A stretch of 64,000 nt of DNA, taken from IMG/VR virus record IMGVR_UViG_3300025003_000394; one strand, given 5' to 3'. Source of the DNA: an uncultured virus (IMG/VR IMGVR_UViG_3300025003_000394) (taxonomy: Duplodnaviria > Heunggongvirae > Uroviricota > Caudoviricetes). The notes beneath the pieces were generated by a model that searched no databases, was not told where the DNA came from, and saw nothing but the letters and a program-made list of their open reading frames with translations. Below are positions 29,861 to 40,601 of this stretch, piece after piece (positions within the stretch are counted from its first letter, which is position 1; each line of letters opens with the position of its first letter). The position numbers and the translations under genes were made by a program.

Positions 29861-31231
29861 ATGTATAAGAGTGATTACACGCTACAAAAAGAAATGGAAA
29901 AAGCAATTCTTTTAGGAAATATTCTTGAAGTTGAGAGATATCTTGATTTTTATTCTGTATCCCCCCTTAAAAATAAATGTCAGTCATTTTATAATTTAGC
30001 GAAAATAGGTGACATTAATATTGCTAAGTTAATTTTTAAGAGATGTTCAAGGAAAGAAATTAAAGTAGATTTTAATAAGTTTTTATTAATTATTGTAGAA
30101 AATAACAATATAGAGTTATGTGAATATGTATTTGAAGAGATAAAGAACTTCGCAATAAATTTTTCAGTGCATACTTGTGTGAATACAGGAGCTTATATAG
30201 ATAGTGTAATAAGATATTCATTATGCCAAAAGGACAGTAATTTAGATTTTTTTAAGTCATTAATAATTGATAAAAAACTGGGAAGTCTAAGTTCTATGAG
30301 TTCTCAATTGAGAGGAAAATTAATAGAGGATATATTTGAGAGAAGTGAATATATGGCAAGAGAGGATTATGTATTTTTGATAAAAAAAATATATGAGGAA
30401 CTTTTAGAAGGCTATGATATATTTAGGGATAAGGCTAAAATAATAAAAAATTTAATCAAAAAAGAAGACTATGAATTAATTAAGTTGATTATTGAATGCA
30501 CTAAAAAAGATAAAGATTTGGCAGAAGTTTTTGAAAATTGCACTACAAAAGCGGGATTGGTATTGCTTGATGAATATCTTTTTAGAAGTAAGGGTAATTT
30601 TAGTAATATAAGCAAAGAATTAAATATTTTGCGTTTTGCAATAAGTGTTAATAGTGTTCAAAAATTTAAAAAATACTATAAGAATAAAAATACTACTATG
30701 GATAGTAAAAATAAAGCATTTGTTGGATTATATTTGGTGAGTAATGAAGATAAATTTAATGCATTCTTTAGTTTATTTGATCAAGATCCAGATTTTTTAA
30801 TAAAAGATGAAAAAGGAACGATAAATGAGAAAACGGCAGATCTTTTAGCTATGGCTATATTAGGCCGCAAAGTTTTTATTATAAAGAAAATCCTTAATTT
30901 TGTAGAAAAAGAGGTTATTTTGGATGATGTTAATATTTTTCTATCAAATAAAGATATGTCGGACTTGTTTTTTTGGGAAGATAAGTTAAAAATAAATAAG
31001 AAAGCCTTATATTCCTCAGCCATGAAAGATAAAAAAGGGTTTGTTGAAAATTTAATTAAATATAAAAATGCTAAAAGTATGATAGAGTATCCACTATTGC
31101 ACTCAATGTATTTGGAAGGAAAAAAATTGGCGTTAAATGAATTATTATTGTATACTTGTAGAGAAGACTTTATGGCAGTGAGAAATATGCCAAAAGAGTT
31201 TTTGATTTTTTGTAAATTAAAAGAATTTTAA
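29861..31231 (+). CDS. Ankyrin-like helical repeat protein, KLKEF tail
   Basis: N-terminus paralogous to 40602..41936; GAGG RBS. Confidence 0.65.
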   Translation: MYKSDYTLQKEMEKAILLGNILEVERYLDFYSVSPLKNKCQSFYNLAKIGDINIAKLIFKRCSRKEIKVDFNKFLLIIVENNNIELCEYVFEEIKNFAINFSVHTCVNTGAYIDSVIRYSLCQKDSNLDFFKSLIIDKKLGSLSSMSSQLRGKLIEDIFERSEYMAREDYVFLIKKIYEELLEGYDIFRDKAKIIKNLIKKEDYELIKLIIECTKKDKDLAEVFENCTTKAGLVLLDEYLFRSKGNFSNISKELNILRFAISVNSVQKFKKYYKNKNTTMDSKNKAFVGLYLVSNEDKFNAFFSLFDQDPDFLIKDEKGTINEKTADLLAMAILGRKVFIIKKILNFVEKEVILDDVNIFLSNKDMSDLFFWEDKLKINKKALYSSAMKDKKGFVENLIKYKNAKSMIEYPLLHSMYLEGKKLALNELLLYTCREDFMAVRNMPKEFLIFCKLKEF

Positions 31232-31244
31232 AGAGGAAGGTGAA

Positions 31245-31997
31245 ATGTCAAATTCAATAGAGCTAGAAAGAAAAATGTTATTAACAAAATCAGTTGCAGA
31301 GGCACTAATTACTGAGTTTGAAAGTAATGGAACAGTTGCAAATAAAGATGTAATTGAACAGAATTATTTATTTAAAGAGAATGCAGAAGTTAAATATGAT
31401 TGTGTATTTGATAACTGGACTATCACATTAAAAACAACAGAAGGAAGTATTGATTATTCATTTAAAGAGAAAAATCATCCTGAAACTGCTCGCCTATTAT
31501 TCTCTGAATATCAAGGATTGGATTTACTTGATCTTAAGTGCGCATCAAGAATTAGAATGAAGAATAATGTTCCTATTTTTACATTTAAGATGCCAATTGG
31601 TAATGGAAAATTAGGTGATTATGAATTTGAAGATGATATATCAGAGGCAGTAAAAAACTCATTGTTTTTTAAAAAATTTATAGAAGAAGACCCTTATAAG
31701 GTAATAAAGAATAGAGTAAGTATTGTAAATAATGGTTTAAAATATGAATTTGATAATTTTAAAAATGTTGATTTATCTGAAATACATAAGTCTCAAAATC
31801 TTAGAGATTTAGGATCTAATGACCTTTGTTTGCTAGAAATTGAATTTGACAATGAAGTAGATTACAACGCATTCGAAGCAGACTTTAACTGTATAGATGT
31901 AAGTGGAACAGCAGGCTTTGGCAATAAAGGTATGGCTAAAAAAAATGGTAAGAAAGAGAATCTTGAAAAAACAAAAAAAAAGGGATTTAAGTGGTGA
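31245..31997 (+). CDS. CYTH-domain (triphosphate tunnel metalloenzyme) protein
   Basis: ExERK (IELERKML), RIR, FTFK, EFE, KNR, EFD, LEIEF motifs. Confidence 0.75.
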   Translation: MSNSIELERKMLLTKSVAEALITEFESNGTVANKDVIEQNYLFKENAEVKYDCVFDNWTITLKTTEGSIDYSFKEKNHPETARLLFSEYQGLDLLDLKCASRIRMKNNVPIFTFKMPIGNGKLGDYEFEDDISEAVKNSLFFKKFIEEDPYKVIKNRVSIVNNGLKYEFDNFKNVDLSEIHKSQNLRDLGSNDLCLLEIEFDNEVDYNAFEADFNCIDVSGTAGFGNKGMAKKNGKKENLEKTKKKGFKW

Positions 31998-32144
31998 TTT
32001 TATTTTTTTAATTAATTGCAATTAATGAGGACGATATATAATAGTGATTTATATTACACAAAATTTAGTGTTAACTGCGGCTAATTCACCTAGATAATAT
32101 AGCGGAGTTATTAATATAACTCCTTTTATATTTATTGGGAAATA

Positions 32145-32807
32145 TTAAAGATCTTTAAATCCTTGAAGAATAGATTCTTTATCTTCTTTGGTTTTAATTT
32201 CAATTGGTAGATACTTATGCACGTCTAAAAACTTTTTTTCTAATCTTTCTAGTGTTCGAATATTTTTAATAAGTTCATAACAATTTGAATAGGCTATATT
32301 AAGGGCTTTTTTATACTCTTCTCTAATAGAAATAAACTCATTAGCAACCACTGCAAATGCAGGATTACTATAAAGTTCCTCTTGTGTATGTTTTTGAAAT
32401 CGCTGATAGTTAAAGTTATGATGGTTAATTTTAACATCTCTTTTTTTTGAATAATCTTTATCAACATCAATGTAGTAGAAAATAACATTATCACCATTAC
32501 TGGAGTTGGCGATGCGATTTTGAATAGAAGTTACTTTTAGTGGTAAACTGTCAATAGTTTGTAGACGAAAGCTATTTGAAAAAAAGCTATTTTTTACATC
32601 GTCACATTGCATTGCATTTACCTTGGAAATTAATTCAGTGAGTTCTTCTGAATTAGTATCATTAAGGGAAAGTGTAGCAGTGCGTATTTCATTCGTTAGT
32701 TTATTGGCTACTTCAATAAGGGCGAGATTAAGTTTAGAGACTTTATCTGTCGCATAATTTAATGCAATTTCTTGCTTAGTTTCTTTGGTGATTTTTGTTT
32801 CAGACAT
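32145..32807 (-). CDS. Nmad5-like phage protein
   Basis: C-terminal IRTLERLEKKF.DVHKYLP; paralog of the next ORF. Confidence 0.5.
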   Translation of the reverse strand: MSETKITKETKQEIALNYATDKVSKLNLALIEVANKLTNEIRTATLSLNDTNSEELTELISKVNAMQCDDVKNSFFSNSFRLQTIDSLPLKVTSIQNRIANSSNGDNVIFYYIDVDKDYSKKRDVKINHHNFNYQRFQKHTQEELYSNPAFAVVANEFISIREEYKKALNIAYSNCYELIKNIRTLERLEKKFLDVHKYLPIEIKTKEDKESILQGFKDL

Positions 32808-32824
32808 TATTTTTGACCTTATAA

Positions 32825-33466
32825 TTAGAGTAATTTAAATTTATCTGACATTGTAAGTGAATTTGGTTCTAATACTTCCATATCGTCTGGGAGATATTTA
32901 TATGCTTCACTCCAATGCTTTAGTAATAATTCAGCAGTTCTAACCTTTTTAAGGAGTTCATAACATTGATTAAATGCCTTATGAGTATGTTCATTTAATA
33001 ATTTATATTGTTTTTCTAATACAAAGAATTCATCTGACGCATTATTATGTATTAATTGACTATATGTAACTTTACTATTCGAGTTACTGCTGTTTGTAAA
33101 ATAAATATAGTCATGTTCATTTTTTGAGAATGAAAATTTATTTTTTTCATAAATTCTAAAAGGTATTCCCCTACTGTGACTATTGCTGCCGTAGTTTAAA
33201 TTAAGCATAACCTCACCATAAACTCTTTCATCATTATTAAAGAAATTTGTGGAATAATTCATCTTTGACATTAAATTACATAATGAGTCAAACTTTTCTT
33301 TATGTAGGCTTTCATTAATATTATGGAATTTATGAATTAAATTATTTGCAATCTCATCTGCAAGTTTATTACATTCTTGCATTTCTTGTGAAAATTTACA
33401 ATTGACATAATTTATTGCTATTTGATATCGAGAGTCTTTATCAAGCTTATGTATGATTTGTTCCAA
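32825..33466 (-). CDS. Nmad5-like phage protein
   Basis: VRTAELLLKHWSEAYKYLP resembles the Nmad5 T..L...WPE...LP tail. Confidence 0.55.
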   Translation of the reverse strand: MEQIIHKLDKDSRYQIAINYVNCKFSQEMQECNKLADEIANNLIHKFHNINESLHKEKFDSLCNLMSKMNYSTNFFNNDERVYGEVMLNLNYGSNSHSRGIPFRIYEKNKFSFSKNEHDYIYFTNSSNSNSKVTYSQLIHNNASDEFFVLEKQYKLLNEHTHKAFNQCYELLKKVRTAELLLKHWSEAYKYLPDDMEVLEPNSLTMSDKFKLL

Positions 33467-33660
33467 TGTTAAGTCCTTAAAATAATATTAATGAGATATT
33501 ATAACATGATTTTCCCTAAAAAAACAAATATTTTTTGATTTTTTTATAAAAATATATTAATAGATAATGGTTTTTATTTTTATTTTAATAATCAACATTG
33601 TAATGTAAAAACAGTATAGTTAATATGTAATAAATATGTTAATTAATTTAAGGAAATGAA

Positions 33661-34476
33661 ATGGTGAGTTTTAAAGAAGTAGAAATGGATAGAGTGTCAT
33701 TTTTTGACAAAAACAAAATAACTGAGTTAGTAAAAAAGCAAGGTTTTGTAATAGTAAATTGTAAGGGCAGTACAAGAGAGTTTGAACATAAAGTATTAGA
33801 AATGTCTGACTTATTAAGTTTGGGAGAAGTGAATAATTCTCAGTATAACAAGCATTATTTTTCAGAAAAAATATCAAAAGATTACGGATTAAATATTATA
33901 GGAACGCAAAAGGAATATAAAAGCAGCATATATCATAAAGCATTCGAGTCAAAAGAAGGTCAAGATCTACATGTTGATGGAACTTTTTCAGAAATTGGTT
34001 ATGTAAGATTAATGATGTTGTATTGTAAAAATCCAGCGATTAAAGGAGGTGAAACAAATTTATTTAATGTATTAGGTGCAATTAATGATATAAAAGATAG
34101 CGGTATATCAATAGAACCATTATTTCAAAAAAATGCATTAAGAAGAGTGTCAAAATATGAAGGTGTAATAGCAGAACACACTGATTGTATTATAAAATTT
34201 GATCAAAGTTTAGGTAGATACATTGTTAGATTTGCTGATGATATTACTTGCGAATGGGATGAGTGCTGTAAGAATGTTAATGGATTATCTTTGTTGCTAA
34301 ATGAGTTAAGGGAGAGAGCTTATAATAAAGGTGCCTTTAAGTTGACTTTTAAGCTAGAGAAAGATGAGATGTTGATTGTTGACAATGTATCATTGGCTCA
34401 TGGAAGAAATGCTTTTATTGAAAGTTCTGATTCTCCTAGAATTATGGTTAGAGGGACATTCAGAAACGGATTGTAA
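33661..34476 (+). CDS. TauD/TfdA-family Fe(II)/2-oxoglutarate dioxygenase
   Basis: LHVDG (HxD), GGET, DN..LAHGR..F...RIMVR. Confidence 0.88.
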   Translation: MVSFKEVEMDRVSFFDKNKITELVKKQGFVIVNCKGSTREFEHKVLEMSDLLSLGEVNNSQYNKHYFSEKISKDYGLNIIGTQKEYKSSIYHKAFESKEGQDLHVDGTFSEIGYVRLMMLYCKNPAIKGGETNLFNVLGAINDIKDSGISIEPLFQKNALRRVSKYEGVIAEHTDCIIKFDQSLGRYIVRFADDITCEWDECCKNVNGLSLLLNELRERAYNKGAFKLTFKLEKDEMLIVDNVSLAHGRNAFIESSDSPRIMVRGTFRNGL

Positions 34477-34487
34477 AATGGATAAGG

Positions 34488-34517
34488 AAAAGCCACTTAA
34501 TAATTAAGTGGCTTTTT
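34488..34517. terminator. Bidirectional intrinsic terminator
   Basis: AAAAGCCACTTAA-TAA-TTAAGTGGCTTTTT. Confidence 0.75.
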
Positions 34518-34527
34518 AAATAAGGTC

Positions 34528-34676
34528 GGTTAAAAAAAGAATGATATAATACAATATGCAATAAACAAATGATTTAATACGCAACAAATAACAAAACGAA
34601 TTAACAAAGGTGTCGTTTTAAAAAAGCGTAAACAGTAAATCAATAAGAGTCATTATTTTATCATCTATTTTTAACC
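34528..34676 (-). ncRNA. Candidate structured RNA downstream of the coiled-coil gene
   Basis: ~23-bp imperfect inverted repeat (34528-51 / 34654-76) enclosing roughly 7-nt periodic U-rich motifs, between stop codon and terminator. Confidence 0.45.
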
Positions 34677-34691
34677 TAATGGATCATCGGA

Positions 34692-35231
34692 CTAGTCCAA
34701 TAACCCATGTTTTTGCAAAACGTCAACAAGAGTCTGTGGTAGAACAATGTTGTTTTTAATATTAATCGCTGACGCCTGATCTGTTAGTTCTAAAACCTTG
34801 TTAGAGAGCTTAAGGACTTCTGTTTTCTTAGTCTTAATAAACTCATCCGAAGCACCTTCAGCAAAAAGATTATTTGCTGTGCTATGTTTTGCAGGAGAAA
34901 TATCTTTAACTAAAGATTGGAGTCCTTTTAATAAAGCCTTAGTTCTTGCTAATTCATTTTGAAGCGCTGAGACTTCAGGATCTGAATTGAAGTTACCAAT
35001 AATTAGGCGTAAATCAAAACTAGCACCATTAAGTTCTGTATATATAAGTTCTTTACTTAATAGGCTTTGGCTTCCTTTTTCTTGTGCTTCTTCAATATCT
35101 TGGTAAATATAGGGTTGAACATCGCCTGTGCGAGAACGATAATGTGCATTTAGATCTGTAGACACAATATCTTTTAACATGTTTTCAATACTACTTCCAA
35201 GTCTTCTTGCTCTTTGCACACTAATTCTCAT
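34692..35231 (-). CDS. Coiled-coil protein (possibly DIP1984-related phage family)
   Basis: Helical 179 aa; LRLIIGNFN and AINIKNNIVL motifs; AAGGA RBS. Confidence 0.55.
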   Translation of the reverse strand: MRISVQRARRLGSSIENMLKDIVSTDLNAHYRSRTGDVQPYIYQDIEEAQEKGSQSLLSKELIYTELNGASFDLRLIIGNFNSDPEVSALQNELARTKALLKGLQSLVKDISPAKHSTANNLFAEGASDEFIKTKKTEVLKLSNKVLELTDQASAINIKNNIVLPQTLVDVLQKHGLLD

Positions 35232-35315
35232 TTATATTCCTTTTATAAGTTGATACACTAATATATTTAATAAAGGTATAATATATGTTTTTTTTAAAAA
35301 GTCAATATATTTTTT

Positions 35316-36017
35316 TTAAAAAAGAGTTAATTTATCTCTGAGTAATAACTGTTTATGTAATGCTTCTGCTGATTTTATTTTATAATCAGGTATGTGTTTT
35401 TTAAAATGATTTAGATTGGAATAAAAAATATGCTTTTTGTCATATAGTTCAAGGAAATCAAAAAAAGAGCACGTTTTCTGAGGAAGTATAGTAAAATGAT
35501 ATATATAGCGATTAAAAGATTTATTATCCTTTGAGAATTGAAAGAAATTTTTAGGATTAAAATCAATAGGAGATAAGATTAAGTCAATATTTTTGGTAAA
35601 ACATTTTGCATTTTTAACACTAATTGAATGCGATAAATAATTAGATAAAACATTGTGTACCATTTCTTCATTAAATAAATTTGTTTTTATAAGTATTTGA
35701 AAAATGGTGTAATTGAAATTAGCGACTTCTATTATTCTTAATACTAAATTAATATTTAATGCAAAACCAATATTTTTGGAAAATTTATGTATAAATTTGA
35801 ATTTTTGGCTTCTCTCATAGAATGCAGACATTAAGAGTCCTTGATAAATGAAGTCTTCTTCGAAATTAGGTAGATGGGAAAATTGTGTAGCATGCTCATA
35901 CAGTTCTTGGAGTTGATCAATACTAAGTTCTTTAATGAATGAATTTTGGAAATCACAAGTAGATTTAAAATTTAATTCAGAAATAACTGTATCCTCTATG
36001 TGCGATGCTATACTCAT
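35316..36017 (-). CDS. Hypothetical protein, KLTLF tail
   Basis: 233-aa ORF with GGAG RBS. Confidence 0.6.
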   Translation of the reverse strand: MSIASHIEDTVISELNFKSTCDFQNSFIKELSIDQLQELYEHATQFSHLPNFEEDFIYQGLLMSAFYERSQKFKFIHKFSKNIGFALNINLVLRIIEVANFNYTIFQILIKTNLFNEEMVHNVLSNYLSHSISVKNAKCFTKNIDLILSPIDFNPKNFFQFSKDNKSFNRYIYHFTILPQKTCSFFDFLELYDKKHIFYSNLNHFKKHIPDYKIKSAEALHKQLLLRDKLTLF

Positions 36018-36184
36018 TCTAATTTCTCCAGTAAATTAATTTAAAATCTATAAGCAACCTTACTTATTAGTGTAACATTTTTAATATAATATAGTCTAGT
36101 GATTTTTAATGTTTTTTTATATAATTCTTTATTAAAATATGTTATTAAGTGATAGGCATTTTAAAATAATTAAATAAGTTTAGA

Positions 36185-38593
36185 TTATTTTAATCTAAAT
36201 TTATTTCTAATCCCTAATCCGATTAAGAATACTAAACTAAAGGATATTGATAAATGAATAAATATAAGTAGGCTATGGCTTGCTGGTATAGATAATAATC
36301 CTTCATTAATTAATCCATTACACATATTGGTTATAGCTGTTAAGGTATTTTGTGTATTGGGGGTACAAAGTGTATTTTCTGCGTAGAATATTTTTAAGTA
36401 GTTTTTGTTTTGGTCTCTTAATATTGTTATAAATGGAACATTATTTAATAGTGTAAATGATATTACATCTTGAAATTGTATAAAATGATCTATTGTGTTA
36501 TTTTTTAATTTTTCATAATAATAATTTATAAAAACCATGTCCCAGTAGCACAACCAAATGATTGGCCTCCAAAAACTTTGACCACTATTTGAAAGTAATT
36601 GATATAAAAGTGAGCTTAATTTATTAAGAAAACCTTTTCTTTTAGTTAACTCTATTGAATTTAAATATAACTCATTGTCAATATCTCCAGAATCTTTTGC
36701 TAATAATTTCATTTTCATTATTTCTGATTTATTCAATTTTTTTAAGTTTATATTTTTTATTAAATTATCAATATCCATCACTGGTATGTCTGAATTCCTA
36801 AGATTCAATACACCATTAAATCCTTCGTTTTCTAATAAAGGTACTTTTTTAAAGTCAACTTCTGAGCAATTGAGTTCTTTTATATTTTCAGGATTAATTA
36901 CTTCTGTTATATTAAATTTATTGAATACTGATTGATTAAAGTTTATCCTTATCTTATATCTGCTTTTTTTTATATTTTTATTTATTTCTACTCCTTTCAT
37001 ACTAAAATTCTCCTTACAAACTATACTATTAAAATCAATATGATAAGAATCATTAACTGTGTTGCAGTTAAATTTTGAATTATTAAAGGATATATCGCGG
37101 TTAAATATTGATTTTGAAAATTTTATATTAATTGGTTTTTTTTCCATATAAAGTGGTATATCGAGGTTAGATATTGATTTTGAAGAGTTTGTATTAATTG
37201 GTTCTTTTTCTACATTATATTCTTCATATCCCCATAAAGAGTTGCTAAAAGATGCTGTATTGAAAATGACCTTTTCAAAATTGGTGTTTGATAAAAAACT
37301 AGTTTTTAAAAATGATATGTTTTTAAAATTTGATCGATTAAAGGATATAAAATTATCATTATGTCCACCAATCTTGGCCTCATAAAAATCTATCTCCTTA
37401 CTATCTTCGCAAATAGCATCTTCAAACATTAAATTGCATTTTATTATTGTTTTACTCATATTTAAGCTACTTTCTTTTAGATTTATTTTGTTAAAATTTA
37501 TTTTGTTAAAATTTATGAACTGGGTGCCTTCTAAAAATGAGGCACCCTTAAAATTCAATTCACAATTTTCAAAACTTGATTTCTCCATTGAAAAATTAGA
37601 AGGTAAAACTGTTTCATTTAATAATATTTTAGAATTTAAGCCACTTTTTACATTTAATAAAAATATGGATTCTGATTTTTTAAACTCCAATTTAGATTTC
37701 TTAGATGAGTAAAAAGTTAAGTTAGTGTCTTCTAGTTCTACATCTTTGAATTCAATATTTGCTTTTTCTAATGGAATTACCCCATAAAGTAGGTTATTTT
37801 TATTTCTAAATATGCAATTTTGAAAATGTAGTAAAAATTTTATTTTAACGTCAAAGAATCTTAATAATGTATTTTTTTCGAATATGCAGTCTTCAAATTC
37901 AACTTTTTCTATCGTTAGGCATGAAAATAGGAGGTTATTTTTAAAACAACAGTTTTTGAAAACAATATGGTTGATTGAATTAAGTTTTTTGAATTTTATT
38001 TCATCTTGAAAACTAATGTTTTGAAAAGTTATAGTTCTTATTTTTTTATAATTTTCTAATTTATTGAAATAATTTTCATCATTTTTTAATTTAAATATTT
38101 TTTCATACTTATTTGTTTTATAATTTAACAAAAAGGTATATTCCTTATTATCGGGGAAGTTATGAAAGAAATTTAAATAAGCTAAATATTTATTATACTT
38201 TATTTTTTTGTATTCATATAATTCAAATACAAGGAATTCTATTAAAACCTCAATTAATCTATTATATAATATTTTATCATCATAATATTTAAAATATTCA
38301 ATAAAGTTAATTAGTATTTCCAATATATCTTTGTTATTATTATTTAAATATTTATAAAAAAAAGTATCTTCTACATAATAAGTCCACATTTTCTGCTTTG
38401 TTTCTTTATTGTATTCATTGTATTCTGGGTAGGCTGCACAATATGATCTCATAATTATTTCAGATGCATATTTGTTATTTAAGTACTTGGCTGGTAAAGA
38501 ATCTATGTCTGTGTTTTTAAATATTTCTATTATTTCGTTTTCTTCAGTAGTAGTTAATATTGATTGATGGTGGTCATTTAAGATTATTGGCAT
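36185..38593 (-). CDS. Pentapeptide-repeat protein with C-terminal membrane domain
   Basis: Many F..x.F pentapeptide units (SFNRSNFKNISFLKTSF, NFEKVIFNTASFSNS); GQSFWRPIIW and terminal LIGLGIRNKFRLK; likely start MPIILND. Confidence 0.75.
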   Translation of the reverse strand: MPIILNDHHQSILTTTEENEIIEIFKNTDIDSLPAKYLNNKYASEIIMRSYCAAYPEYNEYNKETKQKMWTYYVEDTFFYKYLNNNNKDILEILINFIEYFKYYDDKILYNRLIEVLIEFLVFELYEYKKIKYNKYLAYLNFFHNFPDNKEYTFLLNYKTNKYEKIFKLKNDENYFNKLENYKKIRTITFQNISFQDEIKFKKLNSINHIVFKNCCFKNNLLFSCLTIEKVEFEDCIFEKNTLLRFFDVKIKFLLHFQNCIFRNKNNLLYGVIPLEKANIEFKDVELEDTNLTFYSSKKSKLEFKKSESIFLLNVKSGLNSKILLNETVLPSNFSMEKSSFENCELNFKGASFLEGTQFINFNKINFNKINLKESSLNMSKTIIKCNLMFEDAICEDSKEIDFYEAKIGGHNDNFISFNRSNFKNISFLKTSFLSNTNFEKVIFNTASFSNSLWGYEEYNVEKEPINTNSSKSISNLDIPLYMEKKPINIKFSKSIFNRDISFNNSKFNCNTVNDSYHIDFNSIVCKENFSMKGVEINKNIKKSRYKIRINFNQSVFNKFNITEVINPENIKELNCSEVDFKKVPLLENEGFNGVLNLRNSDIPVMDIDNLIKNINLKKLNKSEIMKMKLLAKDSGDIDNELYLNSIELTKRKGFLNKLSSLLYQLLSNSGQSFWRPIIWLCYWDMVFINYYYEKLKNNTIDHFIQFQDVISFTLLNNVPFITILRDQNKNYLKIFYAENTLCTPNTQNTLTAITNMCNGLINEGLLSIPASHSLLIFIHLSISFSLVFLIGLGIRNKFRLK

Positions 38594-38941
38594 AAAAACC
38601 CTTACTTTAAGTATAATAATATAATTAAAGCACATTTTTTTATTTAAACAAGAAGTGGAAGTAATCATGATTATAATTTTAACAAACTGTATTAATGTGG
38701 GTATTGGGTTGATTAAATTTTTGAATATTAAGTATATAAATTTAATGTAAAGTAGTGTATGGTTTTTAATAGACCGTAGTCTAGTGATTTTTGGAAAATA
38801 AAAAAAACAATACTATTAGTTTATGAGAGTTTATTTAATGCATTCAATTATAATAAGAGAAATATAATAATATTTCATTTATTATAATTGAGTATTTTTT
38901 ATATAATATGTTTTATGTGTACTAAGTAAAAGGACTTTAAA

Positions 38942-39025
38942 ATGAAAAAAATAATACCGTTAATTTGTATAATTTTTATGTTTGGTTGCGTTTCAATAAT
39001 AACAACAACTTCTGTAACTACCTAA
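38942..39025 (+). CDS. 27-aa lipoprotein-signal-like peptide or gene relic
   Basis: MKKIIPLICIIFMFGCVSIITTTSVTT with AAGGA RBS. Confidence 0.35.
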   Translation: MKKIIPLICIIFMFGCVSIITTTSVTT

Positions 39026-39144
39026 AAAAGATTGATAAACCAAAATCTTTTTTAATTGATGATTTAAAATATTAAAGCAAGCGAAACTGCCATAAAAAGG
39101 CATTTTTATTATACTTTTAGTCCTATATTAATTTATCCTGTAAA

Positions 39145-40449
39145 TCATCTTAAATTATAATGCCTACAATGAGGGCAATACCCTTTTGTGTCTACCATAT
39201 TTGCCACTGTTTTAGTGAATTCTTTTTTACAATATTGGCAGTCAAAAATAATGTTGTTTGTGCTATTTCTATAAGTAACTTTACTTGGAAGTATATCATT
39301 TTTAATAGACCATAGTCCAGTAATTTTTGGAAAAGAAAGATCAACCCTATTAGTTTTTGATACCTGCTTATTAGCGCAAAACGGACAACCAGTAACCTTC
39401 CTATTTAAAGGTGTTTCAGCCCAAGAGTGATCTTGTCCAGCAACGCACTTCCACCATACTTTATGTTTTGAACCACAAGATATGGCTTTGGGATGAATGC
39501 CTGTTTTATGATGATCATATTCAGCGAACATTGGATGTTTTGTGAGATTATTAGTGACAAAGCCTTTGCTTATTTTTTCATTATAAAGTGCATTATTGTT
39601 GAACTTATTATTAAATAATGACTTATTTTTATATTCTGTAAAATCAATGTTAAAATGGGTTTCAATGTAGTTAATGAGTAATATAAGAATATTGTTTTGA
39701 GCCGATTCTCCCCTGACAGAATTTGTATTAAAGTCAAGGATAATATCATGATTGCTTAATTGGTGAAGTCCTTTTTCTCGAATTCTTAAAATATTGAATC
39801 CTTTTTTTTCTGCAATTTTATTCTTCTTAATGTCATTTTTGATTGAAATATCATTGTTGTGCCATTTTGCACCATCATATTCAATAAGTAAATTAATATC
39901 TTTAATGTATATATCATATTTATAGCCACCAACAATGTAATTGTCATGGACTTCATTAAATAAAGAGTATAATTCTGAAAAAATACGAATTTCATTCTTG
40001 GATTGCGTTTTTTTATTTTTACAAATAGGGCAGCCAGTGTTCTTTGTGTGTCTCGATTGTGTAGTGCTAGGATAGTCATTATGACATAATTGGCAAGTCC
40101 ACAATATTTTCACTCTATTATTCCCAAGAGTAATTGAATTAACATTAACGTTGTTTCTAATGGATATTTCTTTTGACAATGGGTGATTAATGAGTAATCC
40201 TAAAGTTATTTTTCTATTTTTAGAAGAATTTAGTGGCTGATGCATTCCCAATAATCGACATTGAGGGCAAGAAGTTCCAGTGGGTTTAGAAAAGTCTTTA
40301 ACAAGCTTATTGAAGATGTGTCCGTGGGTGCAAGACCAAGTAATATCTTGTCTTGATCCAGTGGTTAGTTCTGTAATGTTAATGTTTTGGTTATGTTCTT
40401 GTTTAAAAAAATTCATTTTTTCAATTGAATAATGATGAGCAAGAGACAT
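39145..40449 (-). CDS. Zinc-ribbon repeat (DUF4379-like) + DUF559/Vsr-like endonuclease, homing-endonuclease-like
   Basis: Repeated W.C..(G)H.....R...GCP.C units flanking YDIYI...LIEYDG.KWH...D..KN......ILRIRE. Confidence 0.8.
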   Translation of the reverse strand: MSLAHHYSIEKMNFFKQEHNQNINITELTTGSRQDITWSCTHGHIFNKLVKDFSKPTGTSCPQCRLLGMHQPLNSSKNRKITLGLLINHPLSKEISIRNNVNVNSITLGNNRVKILWTCQLCHNDYPSTTQSRHTKNTGCPICKNKKTQSKNEIRIFSELYSLFNEVHDNYIVGGYKYDIYIKDINLLIEYDGAKWHNNDISIKNDIKKNKIAEKKGFNILRIREKGLHQLSNHDIILDFNTNSVRGESAQNNILILLINYIETHFNIDFTEYKNKSLFNNKFNNNALYNEKISKGFVTNNLTKHPMFAEYDHHKTGIHPKAISCGSKHKVWWKCVAGQDHSWAETPLNRKVTGCPFCANKQVSKTNRVDLSFPKITGLWSIKNDILPSKVTYRNSTNNIIFDCQYCKKEFTKTVANMVDTKGYCPHCRHYNLR

Positions 40450-40601
40450 ATTCTTTTGTTTTGAAATAATACTAATCCTTATGTAATAACATTAATTATT
40501 TCATATTATACTATATGCAAAAATGTTAATCAAGTATTTATTGACTTAAAATGTACTTTTTGTTAAAATGAATTGTTATTATAAATATATGGAATAAAAA
40601 A

